DNA of 32,000 bases from positions 1 to 32,000 of the forward strand of contig JAEUTI010000048.1 in assembly GCA_016788065.1 (NCBI GenBank), written 5' to 3'. Made by a program: the position numbers and the translations under genes. This DNA comes from Bacteroidia bacterium. Lineage in GTDB: Bacteria > Bacteroidota > Bacteroidia > AKYH767-A > OLB10. The notes beneath the pieces were generated by a model. That model was given only the letters and a program-made list of their open reading frames with translations, was not told the origin of the DNA and searched no databases. This document shows positions 1 to 9,107 of this stretch, in pieces. Position 1 is the first letter of the stretch, and every line of letters starts with the position of its first letter.

Positions 1-1536
1 ATCCATGTTGGTATCAAAGTCTCAACACCTACGTAGGTCGGTCCCTTCGGGGACTATATACTATGAAAAACTTCCTCTTAATCCTAAGTCTCAACACCTA
101 CGTAGGTCGGTCCCTTCGGGGACTCTGGGACAACACCTTTCAGGACAAGAACCAAGTCTCAACACCTACGTAGGTCGGTCCCTTCGGGGACTATATACTA
201 TGAAAAACTTCCTCTTAATCCTAAGTCTCAACACCTACGTAGGTCGGTCCCTTCGGGGACAGAGAAATTCTTGAAGTCCTCGTTTAATGAAGTCTCAACA
301 CCTACGTAGGTCGGTCCCTTCGGGGACAAAAGAGGAAGATAAAAATATCTCCAACAGTCTCAACACCTACGTAGGTCGGTCCCTTCGGGGACATTTCTAA
401 ATTGATTTTTGATTGGTAATAAGTCTCAACACCTACGTAGGTCGGTCCCTTCGGGGACATTGGAAAAAGCGTTTCCTCTAAGGAGGTAGGTCTCAACACC
501 TACGTAGGTCGGTCCCTTCGGGGACGAAGGAAACATTCCCGAAGAAATTATGGAAAGTCTCAACACCTACGTAGGTCGGTCCCTTCGGGGACAGTGACCT
601 AACTAGGAAACTAAACCATGTAACTGTCTCAACACCTACGTAGGTCGGTCCCTTCGGGGACAAAACTAAACAAACTTAAATCCAAAAATAATGGTCTCAA
701 CACCTACGTAGGTCGGTCCCTTCGGGGACTAAGTAGCTCACTAAATGTCTAACCCTTAAAGTCTCAACACCTACGTAGGTCGGCCCCTTCGGGGACACTT
801 AAACGATATGAATTACCAAAACAAAAAGTCTCAACACCTACGTAGGTCGGTCCCTTCGGGGACAGATGTAAAAACTCAATAAGTAAATTAAATTGTCTCA
901 ACACCTACGTAGGTCGGTCCCTTCGGGGACAATTGGTCTAAATACACTACTCTCAACAGATGGGTCTCAACACCTACGTAGGTCGGTCCCTTCGGGGACA
1001 AAAAAAAGTTCATTAAGAACCAAAAAACTATAGTCTCAACACCTACGTAGGTCGGTCCCTTCGGGGACTAAAAAAAGCTCATTTAAAATGAAAAAACGTC
1101 TCAACACCTACGTAGGTCGGTCCCTTCGGGGACTATGTAGGTTTATGCATACTAGCAATAATGGGTCTCAACACCTACGTAGGTCGGTCCCTTCGGGGAC
1201 AAAAACTGATCTGCAGTTTGATGAAGAAACTGTCTCAACACCTATGTAGGTCGGTCCCTTCGGGGACAAAAAAGAGGAGAAAAAGTAAGCAAACACGTGT
1301 CTCAACACCTATGTAGGTCGGTCCCTTCGGGGACAGTACCGGCACCTGCTCACCTCGGACTGTGAGTCTCAACACCTATGTAGGTCGGTCCCTTCGGGGA
1401 CCTTGAGGTTAGTAAAAGAATAGTCCTTAATCTGTCTCAACACCTACGTAGGTCGGTCCCTTCGGGGACTAAAAAGGGGGTCGGTTGTTATTGAGCCATC
1501 GTCTCAACACCTACGTAGGTCGGTCCCTTCGGGGAC
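1..1536 (-). CRISPR. CRISPR array with 23 copies of a 36-nt repeat and 22 complete spacers of 29-33 nt; truncated by the left window edge
   Basis: The repeat GTCTCAACACCTACGTAGGTCGGTCCCTTCGGGGAC (+ strand) starts at 19, 88, 156, 225, 292, 357, 423, 490, 557, 626, 694, 761, 828, 895, 964, 1033, 1098, 1165, 1232, 1299, 1366, 1434 and 1501. Point variants are T>C at 784 and C>T at 1245, 1312 and 1379. The minus strand is inferred from three things: the cas genes are on the minus strand, the AT-rich leader lies at the cas2 end, and the reverse-complement repeat ends in GTTGAGAC, which resembles an 8-nt crRNA handle. Confidence 0.97.
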
Positions 1537-1653
1537 TCTTGGCAAATATATGAATTGTATTTCAATATATTAAAAGGGTAAAATTCAGAAGCCAACCTCA
1601 AAATTTCTCCAGAATTCTGAAATTTGTGAAGGTTCTGAATAGGGTTTTTAATT
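1537..1653 (-). promoter_or_regulatory. Putative CRISPR leader between the cas2 stop and the first repeat
   Basis: This is a 117-nt AT-rich non-coding gap between cas2 (stop at 1654-1656) and repeat 23 (1501-1536). It contains the 7-mer TTCTGAA at 1615 and 1633 and its complement TTCAGAA at 1584. The role is inferred from position only. Confidence 0.6.
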
Positions 1654-1980
1654 TCAAACAATATAGGCGTGATCATCCTCTTTATCAAACGTATCTGAAG
1701 GGTTGCCAAAAGTTACCTTTTTTGCATTGGCATCAAGTTTAAAGATACGAATATTTCCGGTCTGAATATTCAATTTTTCAATTTCTTTAATTAAATTACG
1801 TAATTGGGATTTTGAAATCCTGCATTGAAATACACTTTTCTGAATTCTAAAACCATAACCGGAAATAACCTTGTCCGTAGCATTACGTTCCTTATCATTG
1901 GTGATGTCGTAAACAACAAGGTGTTCACCGGCACCTCTGAAACCGATAGCATTTTGAATATACCTGTTTAAATTTTCCAT
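1654..1980 (-). CDS. cas2: CRISPR-associated endoribonuclease Cas2
   Basis: The 108-aa product has the Cas2 core HLVVYDITNDKERN ... YGFRIQKSVFQC. It overlaps the stop of the upstream cas1 fusion by 13 nt and lies directly next to the leader and array. Confidence 0.9.
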   Translation of the reverse strand: MENLNRYIQNAIGFRGAGEHLVVYDITNDKERNATDKVISGYGFRIQKSVFQCRISKSQLRNLIKEIEKLNIQTGNIRIFKLDANAKKVTFGNPSDTFDKEDDHAYIV

Positions 1981-4598
1981 TGAATAAAGGTTAGCGAATG
2001 AAAATCTTTAGCCCAGCGTTTTACTATCAAAGCTTGCCAATATATTTGTTCCTTCCAGGTGAGTTCAGAACCGTTCATTTTTCTGTTGAGTTCAGCTTCA
2101 AATTCTAATAGGAATTTTTTTCTTGCTTCAGGTATGAGGAACAGACCATCTGTAGTTTCAGTAAAATCGGCTAGAGTAATCAACTTTAGATTGATTATCC
2201 GAAGCAAGAACCTGTGCAATCTGCCCCTGAATATTTCTTGTAAGTCAGCAACTAGGGTTTCATAACGCTCATTTTGTGAATGCAGGAAACCAAGGTAAGG
2301 ATTAAGGCCTAATGCTCTCAAAATGGTATTTATTCTTGTAAACAACAAATAAGATCCAAAATTCATCAGCGAATTTATTGCATCCGGTTTAATGCGATCT
2401 CTCCGTAGCATTTTGAATCCGGGTTCTTTTATAAAATGATTTATCTCGGCATACAACTCTTTAGTGTTGTAGCCTTCAATTCCCCGTAATTCATTCAAGG
2501 AAGAGGCCTGATTAATTTTTTCGATCGCTGATTCAATTCTGTTTAAAATCAAAACTGTGCCTTTGCCATATCTCTGTTTGAAAACCGGAAGGTAGTTGCG
2601 AAACTTCATCCCGGCAATTTCTTTTGCGATTGCTAAAATATCCTTTTCTGATAATTCTGCCATTCTCGCACTATGGTGGGCACTCATTTCATAGTATTGT
2701 TTATTGTCAGGTTTAATTGTAGTAACATGATAGCCCGTTTGCAACACGGAAGTAATTGGAATATTCATTTCTACACATTTTTTGATGAAGGATGTGCTAA
2801 AAGATGCCTTTTCCATAATTATAATTTCTGAAATTGCCTGCAAGGGAAATCGGGAAAAGATTTTTTTGTCTTTTCTGATTTCAATACTTTGACCAGCAAG
2901 CATCAATGAAACATATGGTTCTGTAATATATAGCGGTTGCTTTAGTGTTTTAATTTCTTCTTCCTTTTGAACTAGTAATTCTCCTCCTATAAATGTTAAT
3001 CCTATAAAATCAAAACCATGTTTTGCATCAAGTATGAACGTTTTATTCTTTTCAAGTCTTAGGCCATCTTCTGCAAGTAGCAACTCTATAGTGTATGCCA
3101 ATTTTAAAGCATCTTCGTGTGTTTTTGTCAACAGAATAAAATCGTCGGCGTAGCGTACATAACGAACAGGTAAGCTTTTTACTTTTTCATCGAAGCTGTC
3201 GAGATATAAATTTGCCAATAATGGAGAAAGTGGGCTTCCTTGGCTCAGCCCCTTTTCACGGATATTTACCTTATTATTAAGTTTGTAAGGCATTTGGATA
3301 GAAGTCTCTAATAGATGCCTTGTGATGGTATCACAAATTGGAATGACTTTATCAATTTTTTCTTTCAATAATTGATGATTTATATTCGGAAAGAATGTTT
3401 CTATATCAGTTCTGATTATATAAGAAAACCCGTTTTTCAAAGCTTGTTCAATAAGAGTTGCAGCTCTGTCACGACTGACTCCTTTTCTGAAACCTATCGA
3501 TTCGCGTTCAAAGAGTTTATCAAAATTGTCTCTCATTACCCGGTAAAGCATCAAATGGAGAAGTTGCTCCGCTGGCGGTAAGGTCTCTATTCTTCTTGAT
3601 TTCTTTCCATCACTTTTTATGGTAAATGCTTGTGTGGGAGAAGTAGTGAGTTTTTTTTCGATGCAATCAGAGTATAACTTTTCTATCCATTCATCTAGCT
3701 GGTCTTTGGTGAAAAGTTGAAAAAAGTTACTAAAGTTTTCATTTGTTTCAAGCAAATAGTTAAACGCTTCCTTCCATTCTGTAAATTTCTTTATTTTCTG
3801 ATCAAAGAACGGTTGATGATTTTCCAACACATGAAACTGACCTTGTGCGTTGCTTAAACGGGTTCCGAATCCAAATTCACTTCCTAGCAATAGCAAGAAA
3901 ATTGCTTCAGGCGTTAAATTTCTAATGTAAATATTTCCTTTACAACCTTTTATCCATTGAATGTTTTTGGCCGCACCCGAAGATTTCGAAATGTGCTTGA
4001 TATTGCTGCTATATGTTAGTGTATGTGAAATTATATCAAGTTGTTTAAATTTTACTAATTGAGATGAAGAAATGGTAATATTGAAAAGTCGGCGAATTCT
4101 AGCAGCAATTAAATTATAAAGAGATGCACCATCAAAGTATGTTTTAGGCTTTCCTGAAATTTCCGGAATTGTTGTTGGCGTGATGAATTCAATACAACAT
4201 TCATTAGATTCAAATTTTAGAGGGATTTTCAAAATGTCAAGTGTGCTTTTCTGTTTAAAAATGACATCACCAATAATTTCGAAATTTTTCTTTGTTACAT
4301 TCGAGCTAAAATAATTATATATTGATTGAATAAATCTCGTTACATTCCTTTCATCCTGATTGCATAAAATAATCTTAATTCTTACGATACTCCCAACTTT
4401 AATTGTTTCAAATTTAAGAGGCTCCTCAAATTGAAAAAAGATTGTTTCAACCTTAGAGTCACTGTTTATACTTTTGACTATGGCGTTCAGAATGGAAATG
4501 GGATGCTCCTTAACAACTTCATAATTATAACGAATATTCTTAAGTTGTAAATGAATGACATGCCACACAAGATTATTAAGCTCTACCGGTATATTCAT
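1968..4598 (-). CDS. cas1: Cas6-like / reverse transcriptase / Cas1 fusion protein (876 aa)
   Basis: Residues 1-290 (about nt 3729-4598) end in a Cas6-type glycine-rich loop, GSEFGFGTRLSNAQGQF (nt 3834-3884). Residues 330-540 carry RT motifs RRIETLPP, GFRKGVS, IIRTDIETFF, LSQGSPLSPLLANLYL, YVRYADDFILL (YADD at nt 3141-3152) and FDFIGLTF. Residues 555-876 form a Cas1 domain with RGIEG, GFLHS and VADLQEIFR. Confidence 0.9.
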   Translation of the reverse strand: MNIPVELNNLVWHVIHLQLKNIRYNYEVVKEHPISILNAIVKSINSDSKVETIFFQFEEPLKFETIKVGSIVRIKIILCNQDERNVTRFIQSIYNYFSSNVTKKNFEIIGDVIFKQKSTLDILKIPLKFESNECCIEFITPTTIPEISGKPKTYFDGASLYNLIAARIRRLFNITISSSQLVKFKQLDIISHTLTYSSNIKHISKSSGAAKNIQWIKGCKGNIYIRNLTPEAIFLLLLGSEFGFGTRLSNAQGQFHVLENHQPFFDQKIKKFTEWKEAFNYLLETNENFSNFFQLFTKDQLDEWIEKLYSDCIEKKLTTSPTQAFTIKSDGKKSRRIETLPPAEQLLHLMLYRVMRDNFDKLFERESIGFRKGVSRDRAATLIEQALKNGFSYIIRTDIETFFPNINHQLLKEKIDKVIPICDTITRHLLETSIQMPYKLNNKVNIREKGLSQGSPLSPLLANLYLDSFDEKVKSLPVRYVRYADDFILLTKTHEDALKLAYTIELLLAEDGLRLEKNKTFILDAKHGFDFIGLTFIGGELLVQKEEEIKTLKQPLYITEPYVSLMLAGQSIEIRKDKKIFSRFPLQAISEIIIMEKASFSTSFIKKCVEMNIPITSVLQTGYHVTTIKPDNKQYYEMSAHHSARMAELSEKDILAIAKEIAGMKFRNYLPVFKQRYGKGTVLILNRIESAIEKINQASSLNELRGIEGYNTKELYAEINHFIKEPGFKMLRRDRIKPDAINSLMNFGSYLLFTRINTILRALGLNPYLGFLHSQNERYETLVADLQEIFRGRLHRFLLRIINLKLITLADFTETTDGLFLIPEARKKFLLEFEAELNRKMNGSELTWKEQIYWQALIVKRWAKDFHSLTFIQWKI

Positions 4599-4657
4599 GA
4601 GCCCGACAATAATTTAAAATATTGCATTGAATGAAAAGGATTTTCCCATAATACATA

Positions 4658-5671
4658 TTAGTTAATGTTAATTTTCCGAGTTACTGTTCCTTTCTCCGAA
4701 GATATGCGGATAAAATAAACTCCTGCAGGCTGTTCAATTGAAATTTTTGTTAATCGATTGTTTATTTCTTTTTGTTGAACTATTTGTCCGAGTGTATTTA
4801 TTAATTCAAATACTAATGGCTGTTCAATATTATTTTTAAATTCGATAATGATATAATTATTTGCAGGATTAGGATACACTACAAATTCAGTGTGGTTTAA
4901 TTGCTCGTTAATTCCAGTAACGTCAATGATATTTAATGAATCAACATAAACAGTATGGCTCCATCGGGCATTAACGCTATCCCGAACACGCATAAATAGC
5001 ACATCATTTGGCTGGAACGGAATTTCATAATATGGGATATTAAAAACTACTGAATCATCGGCAAATGGTAGAGGGAAATAAAAAGAATGACAGTTTCCAA
5101 ATCCTAAATCCGTTGAATCAACAAAAAAGTATTCAACTTCAACTATTTGCATTTGATTTTCTGTTTGTATTACTTCTATATTCTTGCGGAAAGTATGACT
5201 CCATTTTCCATTGTTATCTTTCATTCTGCCATATAATTTGTGATAACCTATTGAAAGTCCATTAATTGCAGATGCAGGAATATTGAGAAGTTGGGTTATG
5301 TTAGAATCCTGATTAGAAATAATAATGGGAGTTGCCGATCCAAATGATGGATCGGTGTCAATAAACCATTCACCTATCATTACACTATCTTTATCTAAGG
5401 AAGGAACAATTTCGAAATTATACCTTGCAGTGTGGCTCCACATTCCATTACTGTCTTTTGTTCGCAAATAGAGTTTATGGTAGCCAAGTGCCAAACCCGA
5501 TGTTGTAATGGTTGGCAATTGCCAGGTGCTGTCAGCAGCGGGTATCAAGGCAAATGCTGCATTTCCAAAGCCCGGGTCAGTATCTATAAAATATTCCGCC
5601 TGAATTACGTTCTGAGCTCTGGCAGATCCAAATAGGACTAGCAGGTAGAGTAGTGTGATTATTTTTTTCAT
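4658..5671 (-). CDS. Secreted T9SS cargo protein with three internal ~70-aa repeats
   Basis: There is an N-terminal signal peptide (LLVLFGSARAQ). Three repeats begin AEYFIDTDPGFGN, GEWFIDTDPSFGS and VEYFFVDSTDLGFGN, and each ends in a K/RDxNxxWSHT motif. The C-terminal sorting domain reads VVYPNPANNYIIIEF ... GVYFIRISSEKGTVTRKININ. Confidence 0.8.
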   Translation of the reverse strand: MKKIITLLYLLVLFGSARAQNVIQAEYFIDTDPGFGNAAFALIPAADSTWQLPTITTSGLALGYHKLYLRTKDSNGMWSHTARYNFEIVPSLDKDSVMIGEWFIDTDPSFGSATPIIISNQDSNITQLLNIPASAINGLSIGYHKLYGRMKDNNGKWSHTFRKNIEVIQTENQMQIVEVEYFFVDSTDLGFGNCHSFYFPLPFADDSVVFNIPYYEIPFQPNDVLFMRVRDSVNARWSHTVYVDSLNIIDVTGINEQLNHTEFVVYPNPANNYIIIEFKNNIEQPLVFELINTLGQIVQQKEINNRLTKISIEQPAGVYFIRISSEKGTVTRKININ

Positions 5672-5697
5672 AGTAATATCTATTTTTGAGGGAATAG

Positions 5698-6801
5698 TTA
5701 TTTTATGGTGCGTGCTTTGATAGTGACGTCTAATCCGCTTTGTTGAGTAGCGGTTCCAGATGTGAATATGTCATAGATGACTGGAATAGAGGCAAGACCA
5801 GAAAGTGTGTAGCGGTTGGTCACTGAAGAGCCACCGAAAGCACCCCTGTCTGTTGAGTCGTCACCTGCATAATTATTTATTACACCACTTTGAAGTTGGT
5901 ATAATCCATCAGTTGAGCCATTTGCGACAAATAATGTTGTCATGTTTGGAACCAACTGATTGTTGTATCCTCCGGAATAATCAAATTGAGCATTAGATGA
6001 TCCCGTATTAAAAGAAACGCTTGATGAAGGTAAACCATTATTTATATTTAATGTAATAGACGCATCTTTAATAATGTTGTTTTTAAAATTGTTGGAATTC
6101 ATCTCAATCGAGGAACCAGTTAATTGAACATAATCGAAAACATTATTTCTACACTCGGCAACATTAATGTTAGCTAATTTGAGTGGAGCTTTAAAAATAT
6201 TATTATTGATGTATAGGCCAACAATTCCAAAGCCAACCGAGTAACCGATTGCTGCACCACTAAGTAATGCCCCGCTTAGGTAACATTGAATAATATTAAT
6301 GTCAGTTATACTATTGGACATTAAAATTCCACCACCAGAAGTTTTACATCTCCTAATAGTTATTGAGCTGGTATTAATTTTTATTCCATTCGTCCCTGTT
6401 ATAGTGACTCCAAGCAATTGGGATTGTTGAGACCCGTTATTGAAAGTAATATCATATAACTGGGTTTCAAGTTTTGAAACGGAGACATTTTCGTTCTGAT
6501 TTAGAAAATACCCCTCTCCAATTATTGTCAAAGGCTTGGTTAATGTTACACCGTTGTAATTCTGAGAAGAAGCACACCCCTCCAAATACAGGGTATCAAA
6601 ATTGACTGATGCATTTACTCCTTCTTGAAGAGTCTTGTAAACTGGATTTGCAAATGTCCCTCCAAAATTATCTCCCCACAATGTTGAACCGTTAAAATTC
6701 GAACTATTATTAACTCGTCTTATTGTGGCATTAGCTGAATAATGATTAAACAATACCGCTAACAGGATTGAAGTAATTGAAAGTAGTTTTTGAGTTTTCA
6801 T
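5698..6801 (-). CDS. Secreted protein with right-handed parallel beta-helix-like repeats
   Basis: The protein has a signal peptide (SILLAVLFNHYSANA). It is Asn/Gly/Ser/Ile-rich with short repeats such as ITIRRCKTSGGGILMSNSITDINIIQC and NNNIFKAPLKL..CRNNVFDYV..NSNNFKNNIIKD. The fold call rests on pattern recognition only. Confidence 0.55.
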   Translation of the reverse strand: MKTQKLLSITSILLAVLFNHYSANATIRRVNNSSNFNGSTLWGDNFGGTFANPVYKTLQEGVNASVNFDTLYLEGCASSQNYNGVTLTKPLTIIGEGYFLNQNENVSVSKLETQLYDITFNNGSQQSQLLGVTITGTNGIKINTSSITIRRCKTSGGGILMSNSITDINIIQCYLSGALLSGAAIGYSVGFGIVGLYINNNIFKAPLKLANINVAECRNNVFDYVQLTGSSIEMNSNNFKNNIIKDASITLNINNGLPSSSVSFNTGSSNAQFDYSGGYNNQLVPNMTTLFVANGSTDGLYQLQSGVINNYAGDDSTDRGAFGGSSVTNRYTLSGLASIPVIYDIFTSGTATQQSGLDVTIKARTIK

Positions 6802-6840
6802 TTTGGTTGTTTTTAATAGTTTGATAATATTTTTGATGAT

Positions 6841-8058
6841 TTAAAGTTTGACATTGTCTTTACTGATGTACCCTTGCTTTCCGCCTAGCAATTTGATTAA
6901 AATCCATTCTCCTTTAATTTCAACTATATCAAAAGGCGTGTTGCCAGGAACTTTTGTAGTCACTTCCGAGGAGGCATTTGCTTCTTTATGTACATCATAT
7001 CTGTCACCTTTACCTCCACGTGTAGTTAGTTTATTAGTTGAAGATCCGCTATTATTACCGCTAAAACTCACTGATTGGGGTGCAACTCCCAACTGTTCCA
7101 ATTTCTTTTTTTCTTCCTGCCATGCTTTAGCGGCATTTAACTCAGGTCCGTAGGTTTTATCATCAATTTCAGATGCCTTACCGAGTAGTTCAACTGCAAG
7201 GTCATAGTTTCCATAAAGAATTAGAATTTGTGACATGTTATATAGCGCTTCAGCATTGTAAGCATCTCTATCATAAATATCCTTGTATAATGAATATGCA
7301 CCGTGGGCATCTCCATTTTCCAATAAGTCCTGTGCTTTTTTGGCTTTATCTTTTTCTTCTTTTACTTTTATTTTTTTTAGGTTAGTATTGTAGTAAACAT
7401 AGTATGGACTAATATAATCAGCCAACGCTTTTGTTGCGTTTTTCATTGCAGCATCTGCCAAATCTGTAAATGCCATTTGTGCACCACCTTTGCATTCTTT
7501 GTTTTCACTTATCTTCTCTACTGTAGTAATCCCAAGCACCTGACCTGTATTAGGGTCAAGTATTTTCAAAGTTAGAATTATTTTTACCTGCCTTAAACTG
7601 CATCCATCTTGAGAACTACTATATTCATTTTTTTTACTTGTACCGCTTAAAATAGCATCTACTCCAAGAATTTTTCCGGCTTTTGTTGCTTCAGCATCAG
7701 TAATCAGTTTGCTTGATGATAACCTTTGCTCGCTCAATACTTTCTCTAATTCACTTCTTTCAACAATTGAATGAATGGCTGATGATGTGCCTTGCTGGTA
7801 AATTTTTGATTGCCTCCAACCATCATAAAGTCCAAGTGCATCACTATAATAGTATCTGGTTCCACGAGTATTATCCATAAACTGTGTTATCAATAAATCG
7901 GCAGCTTGTTTCCCATTGTCTCCTTCAAAATCAAGAACTGCGATTTTCTTAATATTAGGCATAACTTTTTCGGGCGATTTTAGAATTGCTCCTCCAAGTT
8001 GAGCTTTCAAAGTAACCGTAGCAGCAAATAATAATAATGTCAAAGTAATTATTTTCAT
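6841..8058 (-). CDS. Secreted multidomain protein (CsgG/LpoB-like N-terminal region, TPR-like middle, C-terminal SH3b-like domain)
   Basis: It has a signal peptide (LLLFAATVTLKAQ). The IAVLDFEGDNGKQAADLLITQF ... GVDAILSGT pattern is typical of CsgG/LpoB-type periplasmic domains. A helical AYNAEALYNMSQILILYGNYDLAVELLGKA segment looks TPR-like. The C-terminal GNTPFDIVEIKGEWILIKLLGGKQGYISKDNV looks SH3b-like. Confidence 0.5.
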   Translation of the reverse strand: MKIITLTLLLFAATVTLKAQLGGAILKSPEKVMPNIKKIAVLDFEGDNGKQAADLLITQFMDNTRGTRYYYSDALGLYDGWRQSKIYQQGTSSAIHSIVERSELEKVLSEQRLSSSKLITDAEATKAGKILGVDAILSGTSKKNEYSSSQDGCSLRQVKIILTLKILDPNTGQVLGITTVEKISENKECKGGAQMAFTDLADAAMKNATKALADYISPYYVYYNTNLKKIKVKEEKDKAKKAQDLLENGDAHGAYSLYKDIYDRDAYNAEALYNMSQILILYGNYDLAVELLGKASEIDDKTYGPELNAAKAWQEEKKKLEQLGVAPQSVSFSGNNSGSSTNKLTTRGGKGDRYDVHKEANASSEVTTKVPGNTPFDIVEIKGEWILIKLLGGKQGYISKDNVKL

Positions 8059-8339
8059 CTTGTTTATTTTTTAGTTGTTAGTATTTACTTTTTTTAGGTT
8101 TTTAATATTACATTAAGCCACTTAACAATTAATTTAAGTAAACCCTCTTTATTATTCTTTCTGACAGGTTTTAGAATAATATACTGGCGAGTAACCATTG
8201 TATGGTTCTGAAATCTGCTCATTTCTCTCTTTTAAATTTGACCTCACAAACATACAATCGTGCTATGATGTTTTAGGAGCAAAAAGATAATCTGCGTTAT
8301 TTAAAGCATAAAATGCGGAATTAGGGCTATAAAATTCAT

Positions 8340-9107
8340 TTATTTCAATTTGCCAATACTTATTTTGCTGTGAGCAGACAAAAAATCCTCCTTCCATTTT
8401 CTGGAGACATCAGCTTCCATAGAATTGGTTAATTCAATCAACCCGCCATCTTCCACATTTTGATACTTCTTAACATGATTCAGGTTTACCAAATACCTGC
8501 TATGTGTTCTGCAAAATGAATATTCGGACAATAAATCGGTGTAGTAATTCAATGGTTTTGAACTAATTAGTTGTTTCCCATCTGTTAAAACAATGTATGA
8601 ATCCCCTTCTTTGCTTTCAAGAAGTATAATATTCTCTATTAGAACCGACTCAAATCCTCCTTTAAAATTGATATTTATTCTTTTAAAAGCATCCGGTTGT
8701 TTTAAATTCTCCAGAAGTGATTCTCTGCCATAAATTGAACCGGTTTGTGATGTTCTGCCTTTGTACTTTTCAATAGCAAGTTTTAAATCTTCAAGCGAGT
8801 ACGGTTTCTCTAGAAAATCAAGAGCACTGAATTTGATAGCCTTGACCGCATATTTATTATGTGCTGTCATGAAGATTACTTCATATGTTAAGCTTCGGGT
8901 TTGTTCTAACAAGTCAAAGCCCGTGTATGGAGGTAGTTCGACATCCAAAAATATGAGATCGGGTTGAATTTCATTTACCTTTTTAATTCCCTCAGGAATT
9001 GTTGTACATGAATTGGCAATTTCTATTTCCGGAAAATGCTTTTCAAGCAAATCAAGTAAATGTTTACTTTGTTTGGTATCGTTTTCAATAATAATGCTTC
9101 TGATCAT
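8340..9107 (-). CDS. LytTR-family two-component response regulator
   Basis: The receiver domain contains DLIFLDVELPPYTGFDLL. The C-terminal LytTR DNA-binding region contains FCRTHSRYLVNLNHV. Its start overlaps the kinase stop by 4 nt (ATGA). Confidence 0.88.
   Translation of the reverse strand: MIRSIIIENDTKQSKHLLDLLEKHFPEIEIANSCTTIPEGIKKVNEIQPDLIFLDVELPPYTGFDLLEQTRSLTYEVIFMTAHNKYAVKAIKFSALDFLEKPYSLEDLKLAIEKYKGRTSQTGSIYGRESLLENLKQPDAFKRININFKGGFESVLIENIILLESKEGDSYIVLTDGKQLISSKPLNYYTDLLSEYSFCRTHSRYLVNLNHVKKYQNVEDGGLIELTNSMEADVSRKWKEDFLSAHSKISIGKLK

Noticed and set aside
5-499. ORFs 5-274 (+) and 302-499 (-) from the six-frame track
   Set aside because: They lie wholly inside the CRISPR array. 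Their peptides repeat because they translate the 36-nt repeat (for example SQHLRRSVPSG recurring), so they are not genes.
1488-1709. 73-aa minus-strand ORF spanning the leader and the last repeat
   Set aside because: It overlaps the cas2 3' end, crosses the leader and ends in repeat sequence. It has no coding features.
8200-8215. GGTTCTGAAAT word shared with the CRISPR leader (1631-1640 and 1613-1623)
   Set aside because: It is only a 9-11-nt similarity in AT-rich DNA, which is within chance expectation for a 32-kb window.
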